In this document: positions 55,173-64,000 of the stretch, one piece after another | How the letters are laid out: each line of letters begins with the position of its first letter | Position numbering within the stretch: position 1 is the first letter of the stretch | From: Draconibacterium orientale | GTDB lineage: Bacteria > Bacteroidota > Bacteroidia > Bacteroidales > JAIFNL01 | Direction of reading: 5' to 3' | DNA: 64,000 nucleotides | NCBI GenBank assembly: GCA_022729915.1 | Contig: DZBP01000001.1 | Coordinates: 1,831 to 65,830 of the forward strand | Notes under the pieces: model-generated | The model's input: only the letters and a program-made list of their open reading frames with translations | Told to the model about the DNA's origin: nothing | The model's database searches: none | Made by a program: the position numbers and the translations under genes

Positions 55173-55841
55173 TTACAGCTTATTTGAAATTTTGTCGATT
55201 TCATCTTTGTATGCAATTGCACTTTCAAAATTTGAATCGTCGCCATATTGCTGTTTTAGCTTATGCAACTCGTCAAAATAAGTTTCTTGGTCGGCAAATT
55301 CGCGATTAATATCTTCCAAACTGTACTCATCTTTGTAAATATCACCTAAACCACTGGTATTGTTGTTCATTTCTTGCAGTTTTTGGTTGTGTTTCTCCAT
55401 TTGTTCGTTCCTTTTGTTGCGAGCAAGCATTGCATCGTACTTTTGCTTGGTTTTAACATGCTCTTTGTAGAGTTTTTCAAACAAAACGACCTGCGATTTT
55501 TGCAGTTCAATCTGATTTTTATAACCTTGAACTACTTTTTCGCAATTCTCAAAAACATCGGCACTTAATTTTGCTCCATGCTCAGCTTTAATACTTTCGT
55601 AATCGGCAAAAGCAGTTAGTTTATATTTGTCGCGGTAAAAAGAAAGGTTCGCATTGGGAAAAAACTCTGCATAATTGTCAATAATAGCATCAGCTGCCCA
55701 CGTTTCTATGGTTTTTACCATTTTTTCAGCTTCTCGCTTATCTTGTTCTGATTTTTGTAATGCAATTTGAATTTTTCGTCCAAGCTCAAGAGTTTGGTCT
55801 TCACTTTCGTCTTTATCTTTTTTAAATAAATTCCAAATCAT
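55173..55841 (-). CDS. hypothetical coiled-coil protein
   Basis: 222 aa, rich in K/E/Q, heptad-like, with no TM segment and no signal peptide. No motif recognised. Confidence 0.5.
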   Translation of the reverse strand: MIWNLFKKDKDESEDQTLELGRKIQIALQKSEQDKREAEKMVKTIETWAADAIIDNYAEFFPNANLSFYRDKYKLTAFADYESIKAEHGAKLSADVFENCEKVVQGYKNQIELQKSQVVLFEKLYKEHVKTKQKYDAMLARNKRNEQMEKHNQKLQEMNNNTSGLGDIYKDEYSLEDINREFADQETYFDELHKLKQQYGDDSNFESAIAYKDEIDKISNKL

Positions 55842-56108
55842 TGTAAAATAAATTAAGTTTTATAACTATTAATTTTTCCCATAATTTAGTTTTTCTCAAT
55901 TCAAATTTTTTTGTAATTTGCTTCTGAAAAACTACCTATTTGCATTAAAATAATTTATGTATTTTCTTGTTTAATAATGTTTTACGGTTTTAAAAAAACT
56001 GAATAAAAAAATGTTAAAACAATAAATTGACATTTATTAGGATAATAAACATTATTTTAATTATCTTCGCAATTTAATAAAAATTCTTTAAATTAAAAAT
56101 TATTATTT

Positions 56109-56693
56109 ATGAATAAATGCATTTTTTTTAGACAAACTTTAATTTTGATTGTAATATTTTCATTTTCAGCAGTTAAACTTTCCGCTCAACAAGATTTAAC
56201 AGGCAAACCGACTGGCAATTTCATAAAACCGACAACTGTAAAATCGATTGGTCGTTTAGAAGGAGTTGATGGAGTTTTTGTGTATTACAACGATAGTTTA
56301 TTACGCGCAGGTGAAATAGAAAGTGAGCTAGCTATCAGTCAATTAAAAGAACGCGGTGTAAGCGTAATAATTAATAGTTCTCAAAATGCTAATGTTAAAG
56401 CACTTGCAAAGAAGCATGGTATAAAATATTATTATATTCCTTTTGATAAAACAGAAGGTGTTACTGCAAAAGTATATAAATCTTTTTTGAAAGCGACAGC
56501 AAAACAAGATGGCGTTTATTTTTTTACATCAAAAGAGGAAGGCAAACACGAAGCTGGCATTTTTTGTGCAATGTACCGCATGAAGTACGAAAAATGGACT
56601 TACGAAGAGGCTATGCGTGAATACATTAAGCTTGGAGGCGCCCCTTTAGACGACAAAGTTTGCATGGAATCAGTAAAATTATTCCTCAAGTAA
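56109..56693 (+). CDS. secreted dual-specificity-phosphatase-fold protein lacking the CX5R catalytic loop
   Basis: 194 aa with a signal peptide. The C-terminal IFCAMYRMKYEKWTYEEAMREYIKLGG parallels the helix after the P-loop of bacterial DSP/PTP-like proteins. The P-loop position reads FTSKEEGKHEAG, and there is no C-X5-R anywhere in the protein. Confidence 0.4.
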   Translation: MNKCIFFRQTLILIVIFSFSAVKLSAQQDLTGKPTGNFIKPTTVKSIGRLEGVDGVFVYYNDSLLRAGEIESELAISQLKERGVSVIINSSQNANVKALAKKHGIKYYYIPFDKTEGVTAKVYKSFLKATAKQDGVYFFTSKEEGKHEAGIFCAMYRMKYEKWTYEEAMREYIKLGGAPLDDKVCMESVKLFLK

Positions 56694-56844
56694 ACTGCAC
56701 TACAACAATAAAAAAAATTGTATTTTAATTTTAATTACGTTGCTTTTTTCTATTTTCATCTGTAAAATTCTATTTTACACAAATATTGTAATTTTTTAAT
56801 ATAAATTTTGAAATCATTTTATTGTATTAATTTATATTTTTTTC

Positions 56845-58080
56845 TTGGAAGAGTATTATAAAATATTAGGTTTACCTTCAGGTGCTGATAAAGTATCTAT
56901 AAAAACTGCATTTAGGCATTTGGCTAAGTTGTATCATCCTGATTTGAATAAAGATATAAATGCAAAAGAGCGATTTCAGAAAATTTTAGAAGCTTATGAA
57001 TGTTTGTATTACGGAAAAATAGTAAAAAAGCAACCTACCTACAATTACCAACCACCAACTCCACCAAAGCCTTATGAATCACCGCAAGAACGAAAAAAAC
57101 GACACGAACAAGCTCGAGCAAAGCTTGCGGCTGAAAAATTGCGCAAAGAACAAGAAGTTTTTGCAAAAACCTATTTACACGATTTTTTAATTGTTTTGTT
57201 ATTCATTTGGCGTATTTTTTTACTTTTTATTGCTTTTTTGATGTTTTTTTCAGCATTAATTTCCATTTACAAAGGCTTACTTGCAGAAAATAACTATTTT
57301 CCATTATTTCTTTTAATCGTAGGTTTTGCCTTACTATTTTATATTTATTCAAACAGAAAAGAATATTTTCTTATTGGACATTTCAACATTACTTATACAA
57401 AGTTCAAGCAATTGTTTGTGGTAACTCCCAACTTAAAGCAAGCTTGCTTTTTTTCTAGCAAAACGCCTGCCGATGGACCTTCATACAAACTTCGTTTTTA
57501 CAACGTAAAGGAAGTAAAAACTTACGTAAGTACGCCTTTAAATCACCAAGTTAGAGCTAAAACAGATGTAAAAATCGTTTACGTTTCTCGCACAAAATTT
57601 GCTTTTAAAATACACCTGATTGCAAAATCTATTCGTTCAATTTCTGTTTTGTCTGCTATTATTTTTTTACCTATTGAAAGTTTAATTTGGAAATTCTTTT
57701 TTGGCATTTTATTTAGTATTTTTATTAACCAATTTATTTATTTTTTCAGCAAAGTAAAATCCGATTTTTATTTTTTATTTAACCCTTATTTGCTTATTCG
57801 TTTATTGCTTGTACTAGTTACTTTGGCTTTCGCAACAGATTTCACTGATTTTCAATTCAAACACGGCAGCGGATTGGGAATATGGCTGTTTTTATTGTTT
57901 CTTTTTTCGGACATAATTATAACTCCTTTAGTGGTAGAAATTCCTAATAATCAGCTATTAAGGTCATTCGGAAAATCGAAATATTCAAAAATCAAAAACC
58001 TCTTAGATGAAAAATTTCAGATAGGTTACCTTGAAAGCATACCTTCGGCTTTTTATGTTGTTTTTAAATGGTTTTTTTAG
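56845..58080 (+). CDS. J-domain (DnaJ-like) polytopic membrane protein
   Basis: 411 aa. N-terminal J domain (YYKILGL...LAKLYHPDLNKD with HPD), a Pro-rich and basic linker, then at least 6 hydrophobic segments. TTG start. Confidence 0.7.
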   Translation: MEEYYKILGLPSGADKVSIKTAFRHLAKLYHPDLNKDINAKERFQKILEAYECLYYGKIVKKQPTYNYQPPTPPKPYESPQERKKRHEQARAKLAAEKLRKEQEVFAKTYLHDFLIVLLFIWRIFLLFIAFLMFFSALISIYKGLLAENNYFPLFLLIVGFALLFYIYSNRKEYFLIGHFNITYTKFKQLFVVTPNLKQACFFSSKTPADGPSYKLRFYNVKEVKTYVSTPLNHQVRAKTDVKIVYVSRTKFAFKIHLIAKSIRSISVLSAIIFLPIESLIWKFFFGILFSIFINQFIYFFSKVKSDFYFLFNPYLLIRLLLVLVTLAFATDFTDFQFKHGSGLGIWLFLLFLFSDIIITPLVVEIPNNQLLRSFGKSKYSKIKNLLDEKFQIGYLESIPSAFYVVFKWFF

Positions 58081-58146
58081 CTAAAAAATCAAAATAAGCT
58101 GTTTTTTTTATTTATTTGAAAATACCAAATCTTTAAATTTTCCTAT

Positions 58147-59307
58147 CTAAAATTGGCGACCAAAATGAAATTCAGCCAGCGGGAGTGTAATATTTGTTGC
58201 ATCTGAAATTGCTTTTTGGTTAAAAACGGCACCAATTGTAAGCCTTTGCACAAATTTTTGCTTACCCAAGCGTTCAACACCGATGTTTGTACCTATTGAT
58301 ATTCCGTGCCGCAAAATCATATTTAATTCTGAAATAAAAAATACATTTTTATTGCCAAATTTTAAATTGTAAGCAACGCCTGGAAATGTTTCAAAAAGCA
58401 GATAATTTGCTAAATATCCTCTTAATGAGTGCATTACTTGTCTTTTAGCAAGCAAATATTCGTAACTTATTCCAAATGGAAATCCAACTGAAAACAGAAC
58501 TGTATTTTTATGATTTTCAATCGGTTCAAAATTTTCTTTTGCAAAATTAAACGTTGCTTTTCCGATTAAGCTGAAGTACTGAAAATTAGAATTATAAAGC
58601 GGTGATGCTTTTTGAAAACCATATATGTAAGTAGGTGATAGTGAAACAGACAGTATTTTTGTAAGTTGCAAAGCTAACTTAAGATTTAGATTTAAGCCTA
58701 GTGCATTTTTGTCGATATTTTGTGAATAATAGGTAAATAATTCGGTATAATCTCCATATCTGTTGTAATCATAAATTTCTTGTTTTAAGTGCAAAATACA
58801 TATTCCTGGACCAAGGTTAACTTTTAATTTTGGGAAATCTAAAAATGAATAATTCAGATTAAATAAAATGTATTTATCATTGATTTTTAATGATTTGTCA
58901 GAAAAACTGTAACCATAATAAGCTTGAGTTGCTTCATTGTATAAAATAGTGCTATAAAGTAGAGTATTTTTATATAGTGCATACTCTTCTATATTGTTGG
59001 TTATTAGCGATATATCTACTGAAGATTTGCTGTTAAGGATATAAGAAAACACAAATTCGAAGTTTGGAGTTTTTTCTTTTTCATAATTACTTTGGTTTGG
59101 AATATCCAGCTTATAGCCAGCTATTTGGCTGTTATAAAAAACATTTCCTATGCTCAAATTAAAACCTACTCTATCTTTCGCTTCCAGTTCTTGCGCTAAA
59201 GATATATTCTGCAGAGAAATAAATATTAATAGGATTAAAAATAAATTTAAAATTTTATTTTTGGTAAAAATAAAATACGGGCTTATTTTTATTTTATAAT
59301 TTCTCAT
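58147..59307 (-). CDS. predicted outer-membrane beta-barrel protein, unknown function
   Basis: 386 aa. N-terminal signal-like segment ending in AQE, alternating strand pattern, and a C-terminal F. Confidence 0.45.
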   Translation of the reverse strand: MRNYKIKISPYFIFTKNKILNLFLILLIFISLQNISLAQELEAKDRVGFNLSIGNVFYNSQIAGYKLDIPNQSNYEKEKTPNFEFVFSYILNSKSSVDISLITNNIEEYALYKNTLLYSTILYNEATQAYYGYSFSDKSLKINDKYILFNLNYSFLDFPKLKVNLGPGICILHLKQEIYDYNRYGDYTELFTYYSQNIDKNALGLNLNLKLALQLTKILSVSLSPTYIYGFQKASPLYNSNFQYFSLIGKATFNFAKENFEPIENHKNTVLFSVGFPFGISYEYLLAKRQVMHSLRGYLANYLLFETFPGVAYNLKFGNKNVFFISELNMILRHGISIGTNIGVERLGKQKFVQRLTIGAVFNQKAISDATNITLPLAEFHFGRQF

Positions 59308-59465
59308 TTGCTTAGATTTATTTAATTAAAAAAAACGAAATAGTAAAAAGTTTGTTTGTAATTTATTAATCTTAAATACGTAGTAAAAAAAAATTTTAAA
59401 GTAGACTGCAATATTATCGTTAACGGGTAGTATTTTGGTATCAGTAGTTAAATAATAAAAAATAT

Positions 59466-60137
59466 TTATTCCGCTATTTTATTAAACTTATATAAATTTA
59501 TAATTTCATTACGAGTGTAATTTACAATTTCTTTATTTACTATCTCTTGTACTTTTTCGGGTTTAATTACATCTCCTAGTCTAATTATTACTTTTCGGGG
59601 TTTAATCCGCCAAGTTCCAACAGGCATAAGTTCTTGAAAACCAATAAGTGCAACAGGAACTATGGACGCTTTTGCTTCTTGTGCAAGCATAAAAGGTAAA
59701 CGTTTAAATGTTCCAATTTCACCGGTTTGGCTGCGTTTGCCTTCTGGAAAAATGACGTATGATTTCCCACTTTTCATTATTACAGCTGCTTTTTTAATGC
59801 TTAATAATGAATCCTTTAAGCTGTTTGGGTTGATAGGAATGTTACCCGCAATTTTTAAGAATTTACCATAAATAAACCAGTTAAAATGAAAATCGATTTC
59901 AATTCCTCTTAAATAAACTGGTAAAAAAGCATGCAATGTAAATCCATCAAAAAAACTTTGATGATTCGGAATAAATACATAGTTTTCATTTTTGTCGAGC
60001 TGTTCAATTCCATCAACTAGTACTTTTACAAACAGCATTTTTATTACTATTCGAAAAGCAATTTTAAGAAATTTATCCATTTTATTGTCAGTAATAAAGT
60101 ACGACAATAAAATGGTTAAAAGCATGATAATCAGCAT
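59466..60137 (-). CDS. plsC: 1-acyl-sn-glycerol-3-phosphate acyltransferase
   Basis: 223 aa. N-terminal TM segment, HX4D (NHQSFFD), FPEGKRS, and a proline-containing block (IVPVAL). Confidence 0.8.
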   Translation of the reverse strand: MLIIMLLTILLSYFITDNKMDKFLKIAFRIVIKMLFVKVLVDGIEQLDKNENYVFIPNHQSFFDGFTLHAFLPVYLRGIEIDFHFNWFIYGKFLKIAGNIPINPNSLKDSLLSIKKAAVIMKSGKSYVIFPEGKRSQTGEIGTFKRLPFMLAQEAKASIVPVALIGFQELMPVGTWRIKPRKVIIRLGDVIKPEKVQEIVNKEIVNYTRNEIINLYKFNKIAE

Positions 60138-60256
60138 TCCAATGCTTGCAACTATAGCGCAATAAATCGAAATAATGTACGAAAGTATTTTTTAGTTTGT
60201 CTTATTTCTTTTGATAAATATTTGATATTATGTTTCATTATTATTGTAAAAAAATA

Positions 60257-60634
60257 TCATATCTTTACAAGCCAGTCCAAGGCTTCTTCTTTGGTTTCAA
60301 ACGCTTTAACTTTTGATTGCATTCCTCCAGAGAAAAATAAAATGGACTGTAAAAGTATTTTTTTAGCTCCAAGTACCCCAAGCAAAGCCGACTTACGCCT
60401 ATAATTTTTTATTACTTTTGCAAATTTTTTTGCTTCCTCTAGCACTTCGCCATAAATAGTTGAACCACTTACATCGAAGATAATAAGTAAGTTAGATTTT
60501 GACGTAATGTATTTTTCTGATACATTCAGCATCGTAATAAAATCAACACCTGATAATTTTGTAAAATCGAAATAAACAATGAGTTCATTATTGTATTTCT
60601 CAATAGTGATTCTTTTTTTGAAATCTATATTCAT
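60257..60634 (-). CDS. STAS/SpoIIAA-like small protein; tentative
   Basis: 125 aa. The size and alternating beta/alpha pattern (LLIIFDVSGS ... ALLGVLGAKKILL) resemble STAS/SEC14-like domain proteins. By eye only. Confidence 0.35.
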   Translation of the reverse strand: MNIDFKKRITIEKYNNELIVYFDFTKLSGVDFITMLNVSEKYITSKSNLLIIFDVSGSTIYGEVLEEAKKFAKVIKNYRRKSALLGVLGAKKILLQSILFFSGGMQSKVKAFETKEEALDWLVKI

Positions 60635-60662
60635 TTTTGTACATTTGATAAATAGTTAAGTT

Positions 60663-61724
60663 TTATATTTTGTAAATAATACCGCCAAAATTATTATATT
60701 TAGCTCCAGTTACTGTTTTCAAACAATTTATTTCATTTCTAAATCGTAAAACTCCTAAAAAACCAAATAGCAAAGCTTCTTTAAAATCGATGACCAAATT
60801 GTTAGGCAAAACTAATTTTTTTTTCGAAATTTCTGAAATTCTTTGCATTAAAAATTGATTGTAAGCACCGCCACCTGTTGTTAATATTTTAATATCTTCT
60901 TTTTGTGTAATTGTGATAGATTTTGATATTTTTAGCGCGACGTGTTCGTAAAAGGTTCTAAGTTTGTCTCTAATTGGAATTGAATACCTATTAAAAATCG
61001 GAATGAATTGATTTTCAACCCATTCTCTCCCAAGTGATTTTGGTTTTATTTCGCTGTAAAATGCTAAATTGTTGAGTTCTTCGAGTAACGCTTCGTTAAT
61101 TTCTCCTGATTTTCCAATTTCACCACTTTTATCATATTCAAGCCTCAAAAAGCGTGCAAAATAATTTGCAACAATATTAACCGGACAAATATCGAAAGCA
61201 ATTCTTTTTTCGTTTTCTTTGTACGAAATATTGGCAAAACCACCCAAATTGATGCAAAAATCGTATTCTGCAAACAGTAATTCATCGCCAATTGGCACAA
61301 GTGGAGCACCTTGCCCTCCAAGAGCTATATCGAGTGTTCTGAAATCGCAAATTGTTGTTTTATTGCAAGTTGCAGCTATCGAAGCGCCATTTCCAAGTTG
61401 AAATGTTAATTTTTTTTCGGGTTGGTGAAAAACAGTATGCCCATGCGAAGCTATAAAATCAATATTTTCATTATAATTGCCAGTAAATAAATTTATTAGC
61501 TTTCCTAAGTATTCGCCATATTCATTGTGCAGATTTATAAATTCAAAAGCCGAGAGTTTGTGTGCTGTTTGTAATTTAATTTTCCAATCTTCTGAATATG
61601 AGTAAGTTTTAGCATTTTTTATTTCATATTTCCATTCGTTATTTTGTATTTCAAAAATAGCGTGTGCTAAATCTACACCGTCTAGTGAAGTTCCTGACAT
61701 TAAGCCAATTACTGAATATTTCAT
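60663..61724 (-). CDS. anmK: anhydro-N-acetylmuramic acid kinase
   Basis: 353 aa. The N-terminal GLMSGTSLDGVD is the AnmK signature. GGGAYN lies near the C-terminus. Confidence 0.9.
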   Translation of the reverse strand: MKYSVIGLMSGTSLDGVDLAHAIFEIQNNEWKYEIKNAKTYSYSEDWKIKLQTAHKLSAFEFINLHNEYGEYLGKLINLFTGNYNENIDFIASHGHTVFHQPEKKLTFQLGNGASIAATCNKTTICDFRTLDIALGGQGAPLVPIGDELLFAEYDFCINLGGFANISYKENEKRIAFDICPVNIVANYFARFLRLEYDKSGEIGKSGEINEALLEELNNLAFYSEIKPKSLGREWVENQFIPIFNRYSIPIRDKLRTFYEHVALKISKSITITQKEDIKILTTGGGAYNQFLMQRISEISKKKLVLPNNLVIDFKEALLFGFLGVLRFRNEINCLKTVTGAKYNNFGGIIYKI

Positions 61725-61744
61725 TTTAGTGAATATAAAAAAAA

Positions 61745-63136
61745 TTAAATTACAAGTGTAAAAGTTGTTTCAACATTAGGCTCTGATTTTACATTGATAG
61801 TTCCGTTGTGAAGTCTCAAAATTTGGCGCGACAAGCTTAATCCAATGCCAGAACCATTTTGCTTTGTTGTAAAAAATGGTATAAAAATTTTATCTTTTAC
61901 ATCTTTCAAAATGCCTTGTCCATTGTCCGTAATTTGTATAACTACCTTGTTTCTAGAGTTTTGAAATGCAGAAAGGCTTATATTACCATTTTTGTTGTTT
62001 CCAATTGCTTGTATCGAATTTCGGAGCAAATTTATTAAAACTTGTTCAAGAAGCTGCTCATCGGCTGTAATTTCAAGGTTTTTTGGCTCTACTGAAAATG
62101 AATAGTTAATTTTGCTCGTTTTGAGCGAATCTTTGTGGAGCGAAATAATTGTATTGAATAGTTTTTCGATTGGAAAAATTGAGAAATTTGGTTTTGGTAT
62201 TTTTGTTAAATTGCGGTAGGTTTCTACAAAATGAATTAAACCGTTGCTCCGTTTTTCGATGGTTTGAAGAGCCGTTTGCACGTCGTTTATATTTTCAATC
62301 AAGTTTGCCGAATTTGTTTCATCTATTTGATTCACAAGGTCTTTGATAAGCACATTTGCAGTAGAAGTAAGCGATGAAATGGGCGCAATCGAATTCATAA
62401 TTTCATGAGTCAGCACTCTAATCAGCTTTTGCCAAGCTTCCATTTCATGCTCGTCAAGCTCAGATTGAATGTCTTTTATTGTTACTAAAAATATGCTTAA
62501 GTTGTTAATAATAAATTCTTTAACAGAGACAGATAATTGCAAAATGTCTTCTTCCTGATTTACTTTAATGAGTGTTTTATTTCCACCTCGGAGTGTTTTT
62601 AATTCGTGTACAAGTTCTGGCGACCAAGTATTTAAATCGTTTATGTTTTTAATACGCGAAATACCAAACATTTTTTTTGCAGCATTATTAATCATTTCCA
62701 CATCGCCATTTTCGCAATATGCTATAATTGAAACGTTTACGTGTTCAATTATATTTTTTAAATAATAATAATGTTCTTCTTTTTCGGAACGTATTTTTTG
62801 AAAATCTTGCATTACATTGTTAAAAGTGTCCTTAAGTTCATTAAACGTATTTCCCATTCCTTGAATCTGAAAATTATGTGTAAAATCAGCATAACGTATT
62901 GATTCTAAGAAATTTGAAACATCAATATTCGTCTTATTAACTAATTGAACCAAAGCATAAATTTGATAAAAAACAACAAATACAAGTAAAAACGAACTTG
63001 CATATAAGTTTTTGAATTTCAAATTGATATATATAAATGCAAAAATTGTAGCTGATAATAATAAAACTCTGATAATGAGGTTTATTTGAAATTTCTTAAA
63101 TATCATATTTTTCCATTCTTCTGTAAAGCGAAGCAC
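61745..63136 (-). CDS. sensor histidine kinase (partner of the upstream sigma-54 activator)
   Basis: 463 aa. Two N-terminal TM segments, a PAS-like region, an H-box THEIMNSIAPI, and an HATPase_c domain (LLRNSIQA, DNGQGI, GSGIGL). The start may instead be ATG 63106. Either start overlaps the regulator stop. Confidence 0.85.
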   Translation of the reverse strand: MLRFTEEWKNMIFKKFQINLIIRVLLLSATIFAFIYINLKFKNLYASSFLLVFVVFYQIYALVQLVNKTNIDVSNFLESIRYADFTHNFQIQGMGNTFNELKDTFNNVMQDFQKIRSEKEEHYYYLKNIIEHVNVSIIAYCENGDVEMINNAAKKMFGISRIKNINDLNTWSPELVHELKTLRGGNKTLIKVNQEEDILQLSVSVKEFIINNLSIFLVTIKDIQSELDEHEMEAWQKLIRVLTHEIMNSIAPISSLTSTANVLIKDLVNQIDETNSANLIENINDVQTALQTIEKRSNGLIHFVETYRNLTKIPKPNFSIFPIEKLFNTIISLHKDSLKTSKINYSFSVEPKNLEITADEQLLEQVLINLLRNSIQAIGNNKNGNISLSAFQNSRNKVVIQITDNGQGILKDVKDKIFIPFFTTKQNGSGIGLSLSRQILRLHNGTINVKSEPNVETTFTLVI

Positions 63137-64000
63137 GAGTTAAACCCAGTTCTTTTGCGGCATAGCTCACATTTCCTTTGTATTTTTTCAATACTTTAAT
63201 AATCACATTTCGTTCTACTTTTTCGAGATTGTAGCTTTCGAGTTCTAAATCGTCCATTTTTGCACTTTGAATTTTGCGAAGATGAAAGTCAGTGGGTTGT
63301 AAAATTGAATTATCTGACATTATGACAGCTCTTTCAATAGCATGTTGCAATTCTCGCACATTGCCGGGCCAATGATATTGTTTTAGCTCTTTAAAGGTAA
63401 CCGGACTTATTTCTTTGATATTTTTTTTGTATCTTTTGGCGTAAATGGTTAAAAAATGCTTAGCCAAAAGAATTAAATCATCGCCTCTTTCGCGCAAAGG
63501 CGGAATGTGAATTTCGACTGTGTTTACTCTATAAAGCAAATCTTCTCTGAATTTATTTTCGGAAATCATGTCTTGCAAGCGCATATTTGTAGCACAAACT
63601 AACCGAATATCAATGGGTTTAGCTTTGTTTGAACCCACTCTTATCACTTCTCTACGTTCCAAAACCGTCAAAAGTTTTGCTTGCATTGGCAGCGATAAAT
63701 TGCCTATTTCATCAAGAAAAAGTGTGCCTCCGGTAGCAACTTCAAAGCGTCCGGCTCGGTCAGCTCTGGCATCGGTAAATGCGCCTTTTACGTGTCCAAA
63801 AAGTTCGCTTTCAAACAACGTTTCAGTTACAGCACCTAAATCTACACTTACAAATACGTCGTCTTTTCGTTTCGATGCTTGGTGCAAAGCTCTGGCTACT
63901 AATTCTTTACCTGTTCCATTTTCGCCTAAAATCAAGACGCTTGCATCGGTTTCGGCTACTTTTTGAATTGCATCAAAAACTTTTCGCATTTCGGACGAAG
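63096..64000 (-). CDS. sigma-54-dependent Fis-family response regulator (NtrC-like); N-terminus outside the window
   Basis: AAA+ sigma-54 interaction domain (GENGTGKE Walker A, GAFTDA, LFLDEIG Walker B) and a C-terminal HTH (AAKELGLTRASLYRRM). The frame stays open to position 64000, so the receiver domain lies beyond the window. Confidence 0.88.
   Translation of the reverse strand, partial: SSEMRKVFDAIQKVAETDASVLILGENGTGKELVARALHQASKRKDDVFVSVDLGAVTETLFESELFGHVKGAFTDARADRAGRFEVATGGTLFLDEIGNLSLPMQAKLLTVLERREVIRVGSNKAKPIDIRLVCATNMRLQDMISENKFREDLLYRVNTVEIHIPPLRERGDDLILLAKHFLTIYAKRYKKNIKEISPVTFKELKQYHWPGNVRELQHAIERAVIMSDNSILQPTDFHLRKIQSAKMDDLELESYNLEKVERNVIIKVLKKYKGNVSYAAKELGLTRASLYRRMEKYDI

Noticed and set aside
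1-64000. A mobile element, prophage, defence island or CRISPR locus anywhere in the window.
   Set aside because: No integrase, transposase, recombinase, phage structural gene, restriction-modification gene or cas gene was recognised, and there are no tRNA attachment sites. The gene content is housekeeping, and the only repeat family is the ~105-nt intergenic element.

Overview
This is an AT-rich (about 30% GC by eye) chromosomal segment that looks like Bacteroidota. The evidence is a T9SS PorQ-like gene, TTTG/TAnnTTTG-type promoters, few Shine-Dalgarno sites, and typical Bacteroidota housekeeping paralogs. I call about 56 protein genes, tightly packed and mostly core metabolism and maintenance. 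They include ispE (partial), a thioredoxin-like gene with trxB, glsA and lysC. A complete trpEGDCFBA operon is followed by a MazG-like gene and a convergent aroE. A nucleotide-sugar block holds ugd, a UDP-xylose synthase and rfbA/C/D. Also present are an SNF2 helicase, yaaA, a TPR sensor kinase, recQ, priA, birA, two tandem thioredoxins, cca, anmK, and a histidine kinase with a sigma-54 activator (partial at the right edge). I found no rRNA, tRNA, CRISPR array, integrase, transposase or obvious defence island, so I regard this as an ordinary core region rather than an accessory island. Three things the ORF track does not explain stand out. (1) A tandem-Trp leader peptide with alternative hairpins and a terminator lies upstream of trpE; this is a classical attenuator and probably the comparative-genomics Bacteroid-trp leader. 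(2) A ~105-nt intergenic element family has two copies 43 kb apart that are 90/105 identical, plus two diverged copies. It combines a small terminator-like hairpin with a promoter-like module. Two copies act as apparent gene promoters, and two orphan copies point antisense into the 3' ends of genes. (3) A tandem pair of ~400-aa lipoprotein paralogs belongs to no family I recognise. Several redox and phosphatase-fold proteins also have non-canonical active-site motifs. All functional calls come from reading motifs by eye; no database search was run.
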